Positions 50,790 to 59,921 of a DNA stretch of 64,000 nt are shown in pieces (the stretch's first letter is position 1; each line of letters opens with the position of its first letter). A model generated the notes under the pieces. The model had not been told where the DNA came from and made no database searches. It saw only the letters and a list, made by a program, of their open reading frames with translations. The stretch comes from Vulcanimicrobiota bacterium (GTDB lineage: Bacteria; Vulcanimicrobiota; Vulcanimicrobiia; Vulcanimicrobiales; Vulcanimicrobiaceae), in contig CAVTCS010000003.1 of NCBI GenBank assembly GCA_963733295.1, positions 2,560,001 to 2,624,000 of the forward strand, read 5' to 3'. Position numbers and translations under genes: made by a program.

Positions 50790-51161
50790 TCACTGGTGAA
50801 GGTATCCGTAGAGGGCGTAACCGGTGGATGCGAGCCACAGCACGGCAGCAACGCTCAGCACGGCACGGGCGGCGCGCAGGCTAGACGAGATCCGAAACGG
50901 CTCGTCTTGCGACGCGCAGGCCGGTCTTTTGTAAACCTGCCGAAAGCCGAAACCCAACATCAGCGCCGATAGCACGAGCAGCAGTGGGCTGTACGGCGCA
51001 AGACCCGCAACCGCCGCGAGGCCGCCCGTGCCCAAGAGCGAGACGAAAACGGGCGCCAGAGCCGGTCCCGCACAACACGCACCCGCAACGGCCGCGGTGA
51101 GCACCGAACCTGTTCCGACCGCCGCCGCGCCAAGTGCGGAGGCTTCGGGCGCCTTCATCAT
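50790..51161 (-). CDS. MerT/MerC-like heavy-metal transporter
   Basis: 3 TM helices with ACCAGP in TM1, LAPYSP, loop YKRPAC; ATGA-coupled to the ArsR gene. Confidence 0.8.
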   Translation of the reverse strand: MMKAPEASALGAAAVGTGSVLTAAVAGACCAGPALAPVFVSLLGTGGLAAVAGLAPYSPLLLVLSALMLGFGFRQVYKRPACASQDEPFRISSSLRAARAVLSVAAVLWLASTGYALYGYLHQ

Positions 51162-51517
51162 CCCGGAATCCGTACGCAGTCGGCGATGCGCCGAGCATTG
51201 CTCGCGACGACCGCGCGAACGAGTTCGAGAATCCCGCGCACCCGATCGTCGGCAACCCGGTAGATCACGGATCTGCCGCGGCGCTCCGCCGTCACGTAGC
51301 CGCACCACTTGAGACACGCCAAATGATTGCTCACGCGGCTCTGCGACATCCGAAGGTACGAAACCAGGTCGCCGACCGAGCACGGTCCGTCGAGCAAACG
51401 GCGCAGGATGCGCAGGCGGGTCGGATCGCCGAGGCCGCGCACGAATTTCGCCTGCAGTTCCTCGGCCAGGCCATTATCCGGGACGGATCGAGATACGCGC
51501 CGCGGTCGTGCTGCCAT
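51158..51517 (-). CDS. ArsR/SmtB metalloregulator, CmtR-like
   Basis: GLGDPTRLRIL, SQSRVSNHLACLKWCGYV, C-terminal Cys (IADC). Confidence 0.9.
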   Translation of the reverse strand: MAARPRRVSRSVPDNGLAEELQAKFVRGLGDPTRLRILRRLLDGPCSVGDLVSYLRMSQSRVSNHLACLKWCGYVTAERRGRSVIYRVADDRVRGILELVRAVVASNARRIADCVRIPG

Positions 51518-51525
51518 GCCACAAT

Positions 51526-51547
51526 CATAACACGATATTCTGATATG
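51526..51547. promoter_or_regulatory. Imperfect palindrome, putative ArsR operator
   Basis: CATAACACGAT/ATTCTGATATG (8 of 11 pairs), 8 nt upstream of the arsR start. Confidence 0.55.
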
Positions 51548-52101
51548 TACAGATCCGACCGGCTCAACCTTCGGAGCACGCCGAACGTCAGAGCGTCGAC
51601 CGCGCTAGACGAAGCGAAATGGCTGCGATTAGGGCTCCGACGGGCCCTGCGAAATACAACAGCGCAAACACGATGTCGCCGTAAGGCCTCAAATTCAGGA
51701 CAAGAATCCATGTCAGCAGGGATACAACTGAAAATGCCCCGAGCATGAGACCGCTGGTTTCGAAGAAGCGCCGGCTCGGAAGTAGCGCACCGAGCGCAAC
51801 GGCAAACGCAAGTCCGTTCGCTAGTCCCGTTGATCGGCGGGATCACGAAGAACATGTAAATGCTCGGGATCGTTCTGAGGTACTCTTGATCTGTTCGAGA
51901 CAGTCGAGCGCTCAAATCAAAAACCAGGTCGCTGATCTCAAATGCCACGGCAATGAGACCAGCGCTAATAAGTAACCCCGACCAAAACCCGAGCCCGAAA
52001 CCACTTAAGTATCGAATGAACGGTCGCTCCGAGGGGATCTGAGGCCACGTTTAGCAGTACGAGCCGCAGTGCCCTTGGTATCGTATCGGCTTCGTCCCGC
52101 G

Positions 52102-52206
52102 CACGTCGCGACGGACGGCGGCGAGAGCTACCGACTACGCGAGCGCAAGAAGGCGGGAATCAAATTGCCGGCTGGAAAACTCGCGCGTAAGGCGGGCCAA
52201 ACCTGA
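52102..52206 (+). mobile_element. IS21-family IstB helper ATPase C-terminal remnant
   Basis: Translates HVATDGGESYRLRERKKAG...*; GESYRL.E.KKAG is the typical IstB C-terminus. Confidence 0.6.
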
Positions 52207-52218
52207 ATTGAGGTATCG

Positions 52219-52579
52219 ATGCCGAGGGTTGCCTTTACGTCGGTCGATGAGTACATCGCCTTACAGCCGGAGCCGGCGCGAAGTCGCGCTTCGGCAAGTA
52301 CGCGACGCGATTCGCCTTGCTGCGCCCGAAGCCGAAGAACTCTTGGCCTATAACATGCCGAGCTACAAGCTGCACGGCACCGTATTCGTGCATTTCGCAG
52401 GTTGGAAAGATCACTACTCTCTGTACGGAGCGACGAAAGCCGTCCTCGCCGCATTCAAGTCCGAGCTACGACGACATGAAATCGCAAAAGGGACGATTCG
52501 ATTTCCGCTTTCGGAACCCGTACCAATGACGCTTATCGAACGTATTGCGAAGTTTCGTGCCAAGGAAGTGTCACCCTAA
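52219..52579 (+). pseudogene. DUF1801 (YdhG-like) protein with +1 frameshift near 52282
   Basis: MPRVAFTSVDEYIALQPEPAR in one frame, VALRQVRDAIR..AEE..AYNMP..KGTIRFP in the next. Confidence 0.78.
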
Positions 52580-52792
52580 AACGGCTGGGTGGCCGCTCGA
52601 CCTTCACGGTCGTTTCCTCGGCCAGGTAACGCTGGGCTCCGGCGCTCGACTGCTGTCGAGTTGCCTGCTCTTCGACGTAGCGTAGAGAGCACGTCCCACT
52701 GGCGCTTGGCTTAAGGTTTGGTGAGCGGGGGATCCAATTTGCCTCGTGCGGCGTAGAATGTACCAAGCCGAACCTATGATGAGGGCCACCGC

Positions 52793-53179
52793 ATGACCAA
52801 CAAGCTTCGCACCATCTTTATCGCAGCGCTCGGGCTGACGCTCCTCGCCGCGCCGTTGGCCGCGAGTGCGGCGCCGACCGGTTACTATCGGACCGGCGGA
52901 GCGGTCTATCACAGCGGCTATCGCCCCTCGTACGGCTACTACCGGCCCGGCTACGGCTATTACCGCCCCCGCTACGGCTACTATCGCCCCGGCTTCGGCT
53001 ACTATCGCCCCGGCTTCGCGTACTATCGCCCCGGCTTCCCCTACTATCGCCCCGGCTTCGCGTTCGCGTACACGAACGGATGGTACGGTTTCACGCCGTA
53101 CGGTTGGTACGGATACTACTGGAACGGCGGTTGGTATCATCATCGCCGCTGGTCGGGCGGAGTCTGGCTTTACTTCTAG
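52793..53179 (+). CDS. Secreted Gly/Tyr/Arg/Pro-rich repeat protein
   Basis: Signal peptide (..LAASA), six xYYRPGx heptads, aromatic C-terminus. Confidence 0.8.
   Translation: MTNKLRTIFIAALGLTLLAAPLAASAAPTGYYRTGGAVYHSGYRPSYGYYRPGYGYYRPRYGYYRPGFGYYRPGFAYYRPGFPYYRPGFAFAYTNGWYGFTPYGWYGYYWNGGWYHHRRWSGGVWLYF
52934..53059 (+). repeat. 21-bp coding tandem repeat x6 (GYYRPGY/F)
   Basis: nnntactatcgccccggcttc units, contiguous, no spacers. Confidence 0.9.
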
Positions 53180-53262
53180 ACTCGGGTACGGCGGCTCCGC
53201 GGCGCCGCGAGGTTAACTGAACCGGGAACGCCCTCGGCGCGCGCGAACGTCCGTCCGTTACT

Positions 53263-54735
53263 ATGTCTGTCACGCACGAACGGCCCGCACTCCTCAAAGA
53301 CCTCGCGTACATCGACGGCGCGTGGACGAAGGCCGACTCCGGCCTTACGTTTGATGTCACGAATCCCGCGACCGGTGACCGCATCGCGAGCGTTCCGCGC
53401 ATGGGCGCGCCGGAGACGCGTCGCGCGATCGCCGCCGCTGCCGCCGCGCTTCCCGCGTGGCGCGCCAAGACGGGCAAGGAGCGCAGCGTCATCCTGCGTC
53501 GCTGGTTCGACGCGATCGTACGCCATCAGGACGACCTCGCGTTGCTGATGACGCTCGAACAGGGCAAACCGCTGGCCGAGGGACTCGGCGAAGTCGGGCT
53601 CGGGGCCTCGTACGTCGAGTGGTTCGCCGAGGAGGCGAAACGCGTCTACGGCGATACGATTCCGACACCGGCGCCGGACCGGCGGTCGGTCGTCATCAAG
53701 CAGCCGATCGGCGTGTGCGTCGGCATCACGCCCTGGAATTTTCCGCACGCGATGGTAACGCGAAAGTCGGCGCCCGCGCTGGCCGCCGGCTGCACCTTCG
53801 TCCTGAAGCCCGCCGAACAAACGCCGCTTTCGGCGCTCGCGCTGGCGGTTCTCGCCGAGGAAGCCGGCATTCCGCCCGGCGTGTTCAACATCGTCACCGG
53901 CGATGCCGACGACGCGCCGGTGATCGGCCGCGAGATGACCTCGAATCCGACCGTACGCAAGGTGGGTTTCACGGGGTCGACCGCCGTCGGGAAGCTTCTG
54001 ATGGAGCAGTGTTCGCAGACCGTCAAGAAAGTCTCGCTCGAACTCGGCGGGAACGCGCCGTTCATCGTCTTCGACGACGCGAACCTCGATGCCGCGATCG
54101 CCGGAGCGATGCGGGCGAAATTCCGCAACGCGGGCCAAGTCTGCATCAGTCCCAACCGCTTGCTCGTGCAAGAAGGCATCGCGGATGCGTTCGTCGCGCG
54201 CTTGCGCGACGCGGCCGCAAAGCTGCGCGTCGGGAACGGCCTCGAGGAAGGCGTGACGGTCGGACCGCTCATCGAGGAGCAAGGTCTGGCCAAAGTGATC
54301 GAACACGTTTCCGACGCGCGCTCGCGCGGCGCGAACGTCGTGCTCGGCGGCGCGCCGAGCAAACTCGGCATGACGTTCTACGAGCCGACGATCCTCACGG
54401 GCGTCACCGGCGAGATGATCATGTCGCACGAAGAGACGTTCGGTCCCGTCGCCGCGATCGCGACGTTCAAGACCGACGCGGACGCGATCGCGCTCGCCAA
54501 CGATACACCCTACGGGCTCGCCTCGTACTTCTACAGCCGCGACGTCGGTCGCGTCTGGCGCGTGGCCGAAGCGCTCGAATCGGGAATGGTCGGCATCAAC
54601 ACGGGACTCTTCACCGATGCGTCGATTCCGTTCGGTGGAATCAAGGAGTCGGGCATCGGCCGCGAGGGTTCGAAGTACGGGATCGACGAGTGGCTCGAAA
54701 TCAAATATCTCTGCTTCGGCGGTATCGATACGTAG
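53263..54735 (+). CDS. gabD: NAD(P)-dependent succinate-semialdehyde dehydrogenase family
   Basis: ITPWNFP, FTGST, LELGGNAPFIVF, KFRNAGQVC, EETFGP, REGSKYG. Confidence 0.88.
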   Translation: MSVTHERPALLKDLAYIDGAWTKADSGLTFDVTNPATGDRIASVPRMGAPETRRAIAAAAAALPAWRAKTGKERSVILRRWFDAIVRHQDDLALLMTLEQGKPLAEGLGEVGLGASYVEWFAEEAKRVYGDTIPTPAPDRRSVVIKQPIGVCVGITPWNFPHAMVTRKSAPALAAGCTFVLKPAEQTPLSALALAVLAEEAGIPPGVFNIVTGDADDAPVIGREMTSNPTVRKVGFTGSTAVGKLLMEQCSQTVKKVSLELGGNAPFIVFDDANLDAAIAGAMRAKFRNAGQVCISPNRLLVQEGIADAFVARLRDAAAKLRVGNGLEEGVTVGPLIEEQGLAKVIEHVSDARSRGANVVLGGAPSKLGMTFYEPTILTGVTGEMIMSHEETFGPVAAIATFKTDADAIALANDTPYGLASYFYSRDVGRVWRVAEALESGMVGINTGLFTDASIPFGGIKESGIGREGSKYGIDEWLEIKYLCFGGIDT

Positions 54736-54753
54736 CTGTCGCCGGGAGGTGGC

Positions 54754-56448
54754 TCAAGCGCCGCTAGGGCGCAGGAAATCGAAGTCGCAGCCGGCTTCGG
54801 CGCCGAGGACGTGTTCGGCGTAGAGTTTGAGGTAACCGCGCGCGGGCGGCGGGTCCGCGCGAAAGGTCGCGAGGCGCCGCTCGATTTCGCCGGCGTCGAC
54901 CAGTAGGTCGAGACGCTTCTCGCGCGCGCTGAGGCGGATGCGGTCGCCGTCGCGCACCGCCGCAAGCGGACCGCCCAAAGCCGATTCGGGCGAGACGTGC
55001 AGCACGATCGTGCCGTAGGCGGTGCCGCTCATGCGGGCGTCGCTGACGCGCAGCATGTCGCGCACGCCTCGTTCCGCCAACTTTTTCGGGATCGGCAAGT
55101 ACCCGGCTTCCGGCATCCCGGCACCAACCGGTCCCGCGCGTTGCAACACCAGCACGTCGTCCGGCGCCACGTCGAGGTCTGCCCGGTCGACGCGCGCGGC
55201 CAGATCCGCTAAGTCGCGAAAAACGACGGCGCGGCCTTCGTGTTCGAGCAAGCGCGCATCGGCCGCCGCGGCTTTGAGAATCGCGCCGTTCGGCGCAAGG
55301 TTTCCGAAGAGTGCGACGAGCGCGTCGCGTTCGACGAACGGGTGGTCGAGCTCGGCGATCACCGAACGGTCGACGTACGTCGAGGTTCGTTCGCGCGCGA
55401 GTCGCGCCTCGAGCGTTTCGCCCGCGATCGAGAGCGTTTGCCGTTGCAGTTTCGGCGCGAGCTCGCGCAGGAGCGCGCCCATTCCGCCGGCGGCGTGAAA
55501 GTCTTCCATGTAGCCCTTGCCGACGGGCTTGAGATTGACGAGCACCGGCGTGTCCGCGCTCAGCGCGTTGAAGCGTTCGAGCGTAAGCGGGATCGAGAGA
55601 CGGCCCGCGATCGCGCTCAGATGTATGACGGCGTTGGTCGAACCGCCCAGCGCGAACAGGACGCGCAGCGCATTCTCGACGCTCTCGCGGGTCACGATGC
55701 GATCGGGGGTGAGGTTTTCGGCCGCCAGCCCGACGGCGCGCCGTCCCGTCGCCTCCGCCACGCGCAGGCGCTCGGCGTGCACGGCGGGCGGCGTGGCGGA
55801 GCCGGGCAGGCTCATGCCGAGCGCCTCGGTCACGCAGGCCATCGTGCTGGCCGTCCCCATGACGGCGCAGGTTCCGGCGGTCGTCGCAAGGTTCGATTCG
55901 ATCTCGCCGATGCGTTCGCGCGACAATTCACCGGCGCGGTAGCGAGCCCAATACGAACGGCAATCGGTGCACGCGCCGAGCCGTACGCCCTCGAAGCGAC
56001 CCGCAAGCATCGAACCGGTGACGAGCGAGATGGCCGGCTTTCCCGCGGAAAGCGCTCCCATCAGTTGCGCGGGAACCGTTTTGTCGCAGCCGCCGATGAG
56101 CACCACCGAGTCCATCGGCTGAGCTCGGATCATCTCCTCGACGTCCATCGCCATCAGGTTGCGAAACACCAGGCTCGTCGGTTGTAGAAACGGTTCACCG
56201 AGTGAGATCGTCGGAAACTCGAGCGGCAGTCCGCCGGCTGCCAGCACGCCGCGCGCGACGGTCGCGACGAGTTCGGGCATCGAACGATGGCAGTTGTTGA
56301 ATCCGCTTCCGGAACTCGCGATGCCGACGATGGGTCGCGCCAACATCGCATCCGAGAGTCCCATCGACTTGGCGAAAGCCCGTCGCAGATACAGCGAAAA
56401 CTCCGGGTCGCCGTAGTTGGTGAGGCCTCGCGAGAGGCCGCCGCTCAC
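54754..56448 (-). CDS. IlvD/Edd family dehydratase (probably sugar-acid dehydratase)
   Basis: NNCH, GGCDKT, GTCAVMGTASTM, GGSTNA, GMPE, SDARMSGT; GTGA-coupled to the upstream gene. Confidence 0.9.
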   Translation of the reverse strand: MSGGLSRGLTNYGDPEFSLYLRRAFAKSMGLSDAMLARPIVGIASSGSGFNNCHRSMPELVATVARGVLAAGGLPLEFPTISLGEPFLQPTSLVFRNLMAMDVEEMIRAQPMDSVVLIGGCDKTVPAQLMGALSAGKPAISLVTGSMLAGRFEGVRLGACTDCRSYWARYRAGELSRERIGEIESNLATTAGTCAVMGTASTMACVTEALGMSLPGSATPPAVHAERLRVAEATGRRAVGLAAENLTPDRIVTRESVENALRVLFALGGSTNAVIHLSAIAGRLSIPLTLERFNALSADTPVLVNLKPVGKGYMEDFHAAGGMGALLRELAPKLQRQTLSIAGETLEARLARERTSTYVDRSVIAELDHPFVERDALVALFGNLAPNGAILKAAAADARLLEHEGRAVVFRDLADLAARVDRADLDVAPDDVLVLQRAGPVGAGMPEAGYLPIPKKLAERGVRDMLRVSDARMSGTAYGTIVLHVSPESALGGPLAAVRDGDRIRLSAREKRLDLLVDAGEIERRLATFRADPPPARGYLKLYAEHVLGAEAGCDFDFLRPSGA

Positions 56449-57359
56449 ACGATCGCGCCGGATGGCGCGGCGTAACCGGCAGCGCCCAAGCGTTCGAGCA
56501 GCGTCGTGCGCTCGCCGGCCGTCAGCGTTCCGAGCGGCGGCATCGCGCGCAGCCACTCGGCATCGCGATGCAGCTCGCTTACGAGCAAGCGAAGCGCGGG
56601 AATCACCGGCACGCTTGCGATCGCGGCGCGCAGCGCGGCAAGCTTCGTCTGGGCGCCGGCGTCGCCGTCGCCGCGCCAGACCGGCGCGCAATACGGTGCG
56701 GTCACGTTCGCAGAAGCCGAGATGCACCCCGCGTATCCTGCACGGCGGCTCTCGGCAAGCATCGCTTCGGAGCTGGGGAAGATGTCGAATGACGGATACG
56801 CGCCGTGCATCGCCGCCGCGTACGCCATGTCGCCGGAACTATCTTTGAGACCCGCGATCGCAGGCCCGAACCGCTCGATCAATTTCCCCGCCAGATCCAC
56901 GGAAATCGGCACGCCGCTCATTTTCGGAAAGTTGTAGAGGTAGAGCCGCAACGCGTCACTGCCGGTGCCTTCGATCAACGCCGAGTAAAACGCGAACGTT
57001 CCTTCGGCGGGAACCTCTTTGTAATAGAACGGCGGGATCACGAGCGCACCGCCGAACCCGAGGGCGACCGCGGTCTTCGTCAGCACGATCGCATCGGCAA
57101 GCGCCGCGGCGCCGGTGCCGACCAACATCGTCGCGAGCGGCAAACCGCAATCCGCCAGCGCTTCCATGAGCGCGACGCGCTGCGCCGTCGAGAACGATGC
57201 CGCTTCGCCCGTCGTCCCGAGGACGTTCAGCCCGTCGCACCCGTTCTCCAAGAGCCAGCGCGCGTGCGCGATCGAGCGCGGGTGGTCGGGGGCCAAGTTG
57301 CGGCCCACCGGCGTCAGGAGCGCGGCCAAAACCCCGTGCGGGCGAGTGTTCGCTTCCAT
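56445..57359 (-). CDS. DHDPS-family aldolase/dehydratase
   Basis: GTTGE, PPFYY, YLYNFP, GLKDSSGD. Confidence 0.88.
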   Translation of the reverse strand: MEANTRPHGVLAALLTPVGRNLAPDHPRSIAHARWLLENGCDGLNVLGTTGEAASFSTAQRVALMEALADCGLPLATMLVGTGAAALADAIVLTKTAVALGFGGALVIPPFYYKEVPAEGTFAFYSALIEGTGSDALRLYLYNFPKMSGVPISVDLAGKLIERFGPAIAGLKDSSGDMAYAAAMHGAYPSFDIFPSSEAMLAESRRAGYAGCISASANVTAPYCAPVWRGDGDAGAQTKLAALRAAIASVPVIPALRLLVSELHRDAEWLRAMPPLGTLTAGERTTLLERLGAAGYAAPSGAIV

Positions 57360-57447
57360 ATCACCCTCCTTTCAGGCGCTTGCGCGCTACGCCTTTGCGG
57401 AAGCGCGCGGCGGTGCGCGAGCGGCGCGCGCCGAACGGAGACGGGTC

Positions 57448-58131
57448 ATGATCGGCGCTGAAACGGCGTATGCGAATGCGGCCAACGCCGCTGCTGCTGC
57501 GTTCGCTGCCGCCCCCGCTTCGATTTCGTACCGGGTCGACATCGAGACGCATGCCGGGACGGCGGTCTACCGCGAAGCGAGCGCCGTCGAACTGCGCACC
57601 GGCGACGGCAGCGCGATCGTGCGGGACGCGAACGGCACGCCGCGCAGCGGTGCGCCGCCGGCCTTGCCAGCGGCCCTCGATCCGCTCGGCGACTGGGCTT
57701 TCAGCGCGCAACTCAACGACGGCCGCGTGGTCATGCACGTCGTCTACGAGCACCCCAAGCAGTACGCGTTCCCGACGCCCGGGCCGCAGGCCGACGTCGT
57801 TGTAAAGAGCATCGCCGGCTACGACGTACGCTTTGCGGCGGGAGACGTGCAACACATCGAACTTTCTCCGGCAACCGCCGAGACGCGAGCCTTCGCCGCG
57901 CAGCCCAACCACTTCGTCTACCGAGACGTCTTTATCGACGCGGTCACAGCTTTGCCGTCGCGCGTCGTGCTAACCGCGCCGGACGAGACCCTCACGCTCG
58001 ATTTCGGTACCTTCGACGGTCATTGGTTGCTCTCGCATCTGGACTACGATGCGGTGCAACATATGAACCGGCACACCGAACGTCGCTATACCGTCGAGGC
58101 CAGCTACTCGGACTACGCGTTCGCCGGTTAG
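57448..58131 (+). CDS. Hypothetical protein (beta-rich)
   Basis: Protein-like ORF ending ASYSDYAF; start uncertain. Confidence 0.6.
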   Translation: MIGAETAYANAANAAAAAFAAAPASISYRVDIETHAGTAVYREASAVELRTGDGSAIVRDANGTPRSGAPPALPAALDPLGDWAFSAQLNDGRVVMHVVYEHPKQYAFPTPGPQADVVVKSIAGYDVRFAAGDVQHIELSPATAETRAFAAQPNHFVYRDVFIDAVTALPSRVVLTAPDETLTLDFGTFDGHWLLSHLDYDAVQHMNRHTERRYTVEASYSDYAFAG

Positions 58132-58136
58132 CGAGA

Positions 58137-58595
58137 TTAGTGTCGCGCGACGAGCGCGAAAGCCGCGTTCATGAAGCCATGACGCCGCGGACGCAGCGCA
58201 CTTTGTATGAGGCTAATCAGTTCGCCGAGCGCGTTCGGCCGCTCGGCGCCATCCTCCGCGCCGCGCGAAAAGCCGACGATGCTCGGCGCGGAATCGTCGC
58301 GCGCGTCGAGCATGACGACGGGGCACTCCGTCTCGTTTCGAATCGCTTCGAGCAGCGAAACTCCGTCGAGCGGGGCAAGCATGTCGAGCAAGATGACGGC
58401 ATCCGGGTCGTGCAAGCGCACCAGGGCTTGACCGGCGCCGCCGTCCACCGCGCTTTCGACGTCGAATCCGCCGCGGCCGAGACCGCTCGAAAGGAGCCGC
58501 TGGGTAAGCTGACCGCGACCGATCACGATGACCTTGCCGTGGACGCCGTCCTGAGGCGCAGCTGCTGCCGCCGTCCGGACGATGGGCGCGAGCAT
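58137..58595 (-). CDS. Degenerate response-regulator receiver domain
   Basis: GFDVESAVDG, PDAVILLD..PLDG..L...IR, PVVML.AR, GAED. Confidence 0.6.
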   Translation of the reverse strand: MLAPIVRTAAAAAPQDGVHGKVIVIGRGQLTQRLLSSGLGRGGFDVESAVDGGAGQALVRLHDPDAVILLDMLAPLDGVSLLEAIRNETECPVVMLDARDDSAPSIVGFSRGAEDGAERPNALGELISLIQSALRPRRHGFMNAAFALVARH

Positions 58596-58680
58596 GGTGA
58601 GATAATACGTCAGAATGCTTCGGTAAGTCTGGGAGTGCCGCGCGGCGCTCTCACCGACTTTTCATCCGCTCGACAGGTTC

Positions 58681-59196
58681 GTGCGGCCCAGCGATGTTAC
58701 GATCAGACCAGCGCAGACGCCGCAGAGGAGCGCGAAGATTCGGTTTTACCCAGTTACGGCGACCGCTTTTTTTGCGTTCGCGCTCGCTTTCGTTCCGGCC
58801 GAGGCGCAACATGCGCTGCCGGCGCCGTCTCCCGCTTCGCCGCTGGCTCCGGCCGACGAGTACTTCGGCCACTTCCGGCTCAGCGTGCTCGGCATCGGCA
58901 ACGAAATGCGGCTCGCGGCGGAGCGGCTGGAGCACGGAGTCGACCCGCACACCGTTTGCGAGGGCCCGCTCGCCTTTGCGAGCGACTCGATCGGCGCATG
59001 GGAACAAGCCTACCCGCACGATCCCGCCATCCCGCGCTATCTGCTCGCGCTCGAACGAGTGTATCTCGAAGCCGCGGGTCCGGAAGCTCGCGAGCGCGCG
59101 GTTGCGACCGAAGCGTGGCTATTGCGCGACTATCCCGGTTCCGAAGCGGCGCGCACGGCGGAAGCCGAACTCTCGGGCAGGGAAGCCGCGCGCTGA
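58681..59196 (+). CDS. Secreted hypothetical helical protein
   Basis: Signal-like AFFAFALAFVPAEA; APADEYFG, YP.DP.IPR; start uncertain. Confidence 0.65.
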   Translation: MRPSDVTIRPAQTPQRSAKIRFYPVTATAFFAFALAFVPAEAQHALPAPSPASPLAPADEYFGHFRLSVLGIGNEMRLAAERLEHGVDPHTVCEGPLAFASDSIGAWEQAYPHDPAIPRYLLALERVYLEAAGPEARERAVATEAWLLRDYPGSEAARTAEAELSGREAAR

Positions 59197-59212
59197 GAGA
59201 GCGCTAGCGCAC

Positions 59213-59863
59213 TTAGGCCGGCTGGGCGAAAGCGACGATCTCGTCGTTCGCGCGATGGTTCGTCCAGAAATTCGTGCCGTCGAACGCAAGCCCGCGCGCC
59301 GGAAACGATATGTGGGCGACGTCGCTGACCTGGGGCGTCGGACCGCGCGCATCGATGCAGGTCAACCAGTAGTCCTCGCTCTCTTCGTCGTCGGTTGTCA
59401 CGAGGAAGAAGCGGCCCGCGACAACGACCACGCCGCAGATGTCGTGCGGGACGCCGAGCACGCTTCCGACCGTCCCCCGGTCGTCGAGCGACAACACGCG
59501 CCGCTTGTAGAACTGGCTGACGTACAGCCGGTCGCCGTCGTACGCCAGTTGCGAACCCGTGTCGTCGGGGACCGGAATCGCGCCTTCGGACTTGAAGCCG
59601 TGACCCGGCACGAAGCGCCGGATCACGCGATGGTCATCGGGGGTTTCGCCGCAAAGCACCCGCAGTTCGTCACCCACGACCGTCATGCCGTAAGGCAAGC
59701 CGGGGGCTGCGGCCTCCTCGCGCACAGTCCATTGTCGCCGATCGATCGCGTACAACCGGCCGGTTTCGAGCGAACCCATCCACAGAAGCGTCCCGTCGAA
59801 GGCCAGCGACTGCGGGCGCGGCGCGGGCGAGGGCAAGCGCAACATTTCCCTGATCTCTTGCAT
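59213..59863 (-). CDS. Small beta-propeller protein (glutaminyl cyclase/YncE-like blades)
   Basis: Repeated LAFDG..LW / LAYDG..LY motifs. Confidence 0.7.
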   Translation of the reverse strand: MQEIREMLRLPSPAPRPQSLAFDGTLLWMGSLETGRLYAIDRRQWTVREEAAAPGLPYGMTVVGDELRVLCGETPDDHRVIRRFVPGHGFKSEGAIPVPDDTGSQLAYDGDRLYVSQFYKRRVLSLDDRGTVGSVLGVPHDICGVVVVAGRFFLVTTDDEESEDYWLTCIDARGPTPQVSDVAHISFPARGLAFDGTNFWTNHRANDEIVAFAQPA

Positions 59864-59921
59864 GCCGTCTGTCTTCGAACGAAGGAGGAGCTTCCCTCGG
59901 AATGACCGCTACGGGGCGGTT

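Noticed and set aside
51331..51975. ORFs 51331..51948 (-) and 51745..51975 (+)
   Set aside because: No recognisable motif, and the former overlaps arsR and its operator; not supportable as genes
52934..53059. 21-bp repeats as a possible CRISPR array
   Set aside because: Units are contiguous without spacers, in frame within a signal-peptide ORF, and no cas genes are present
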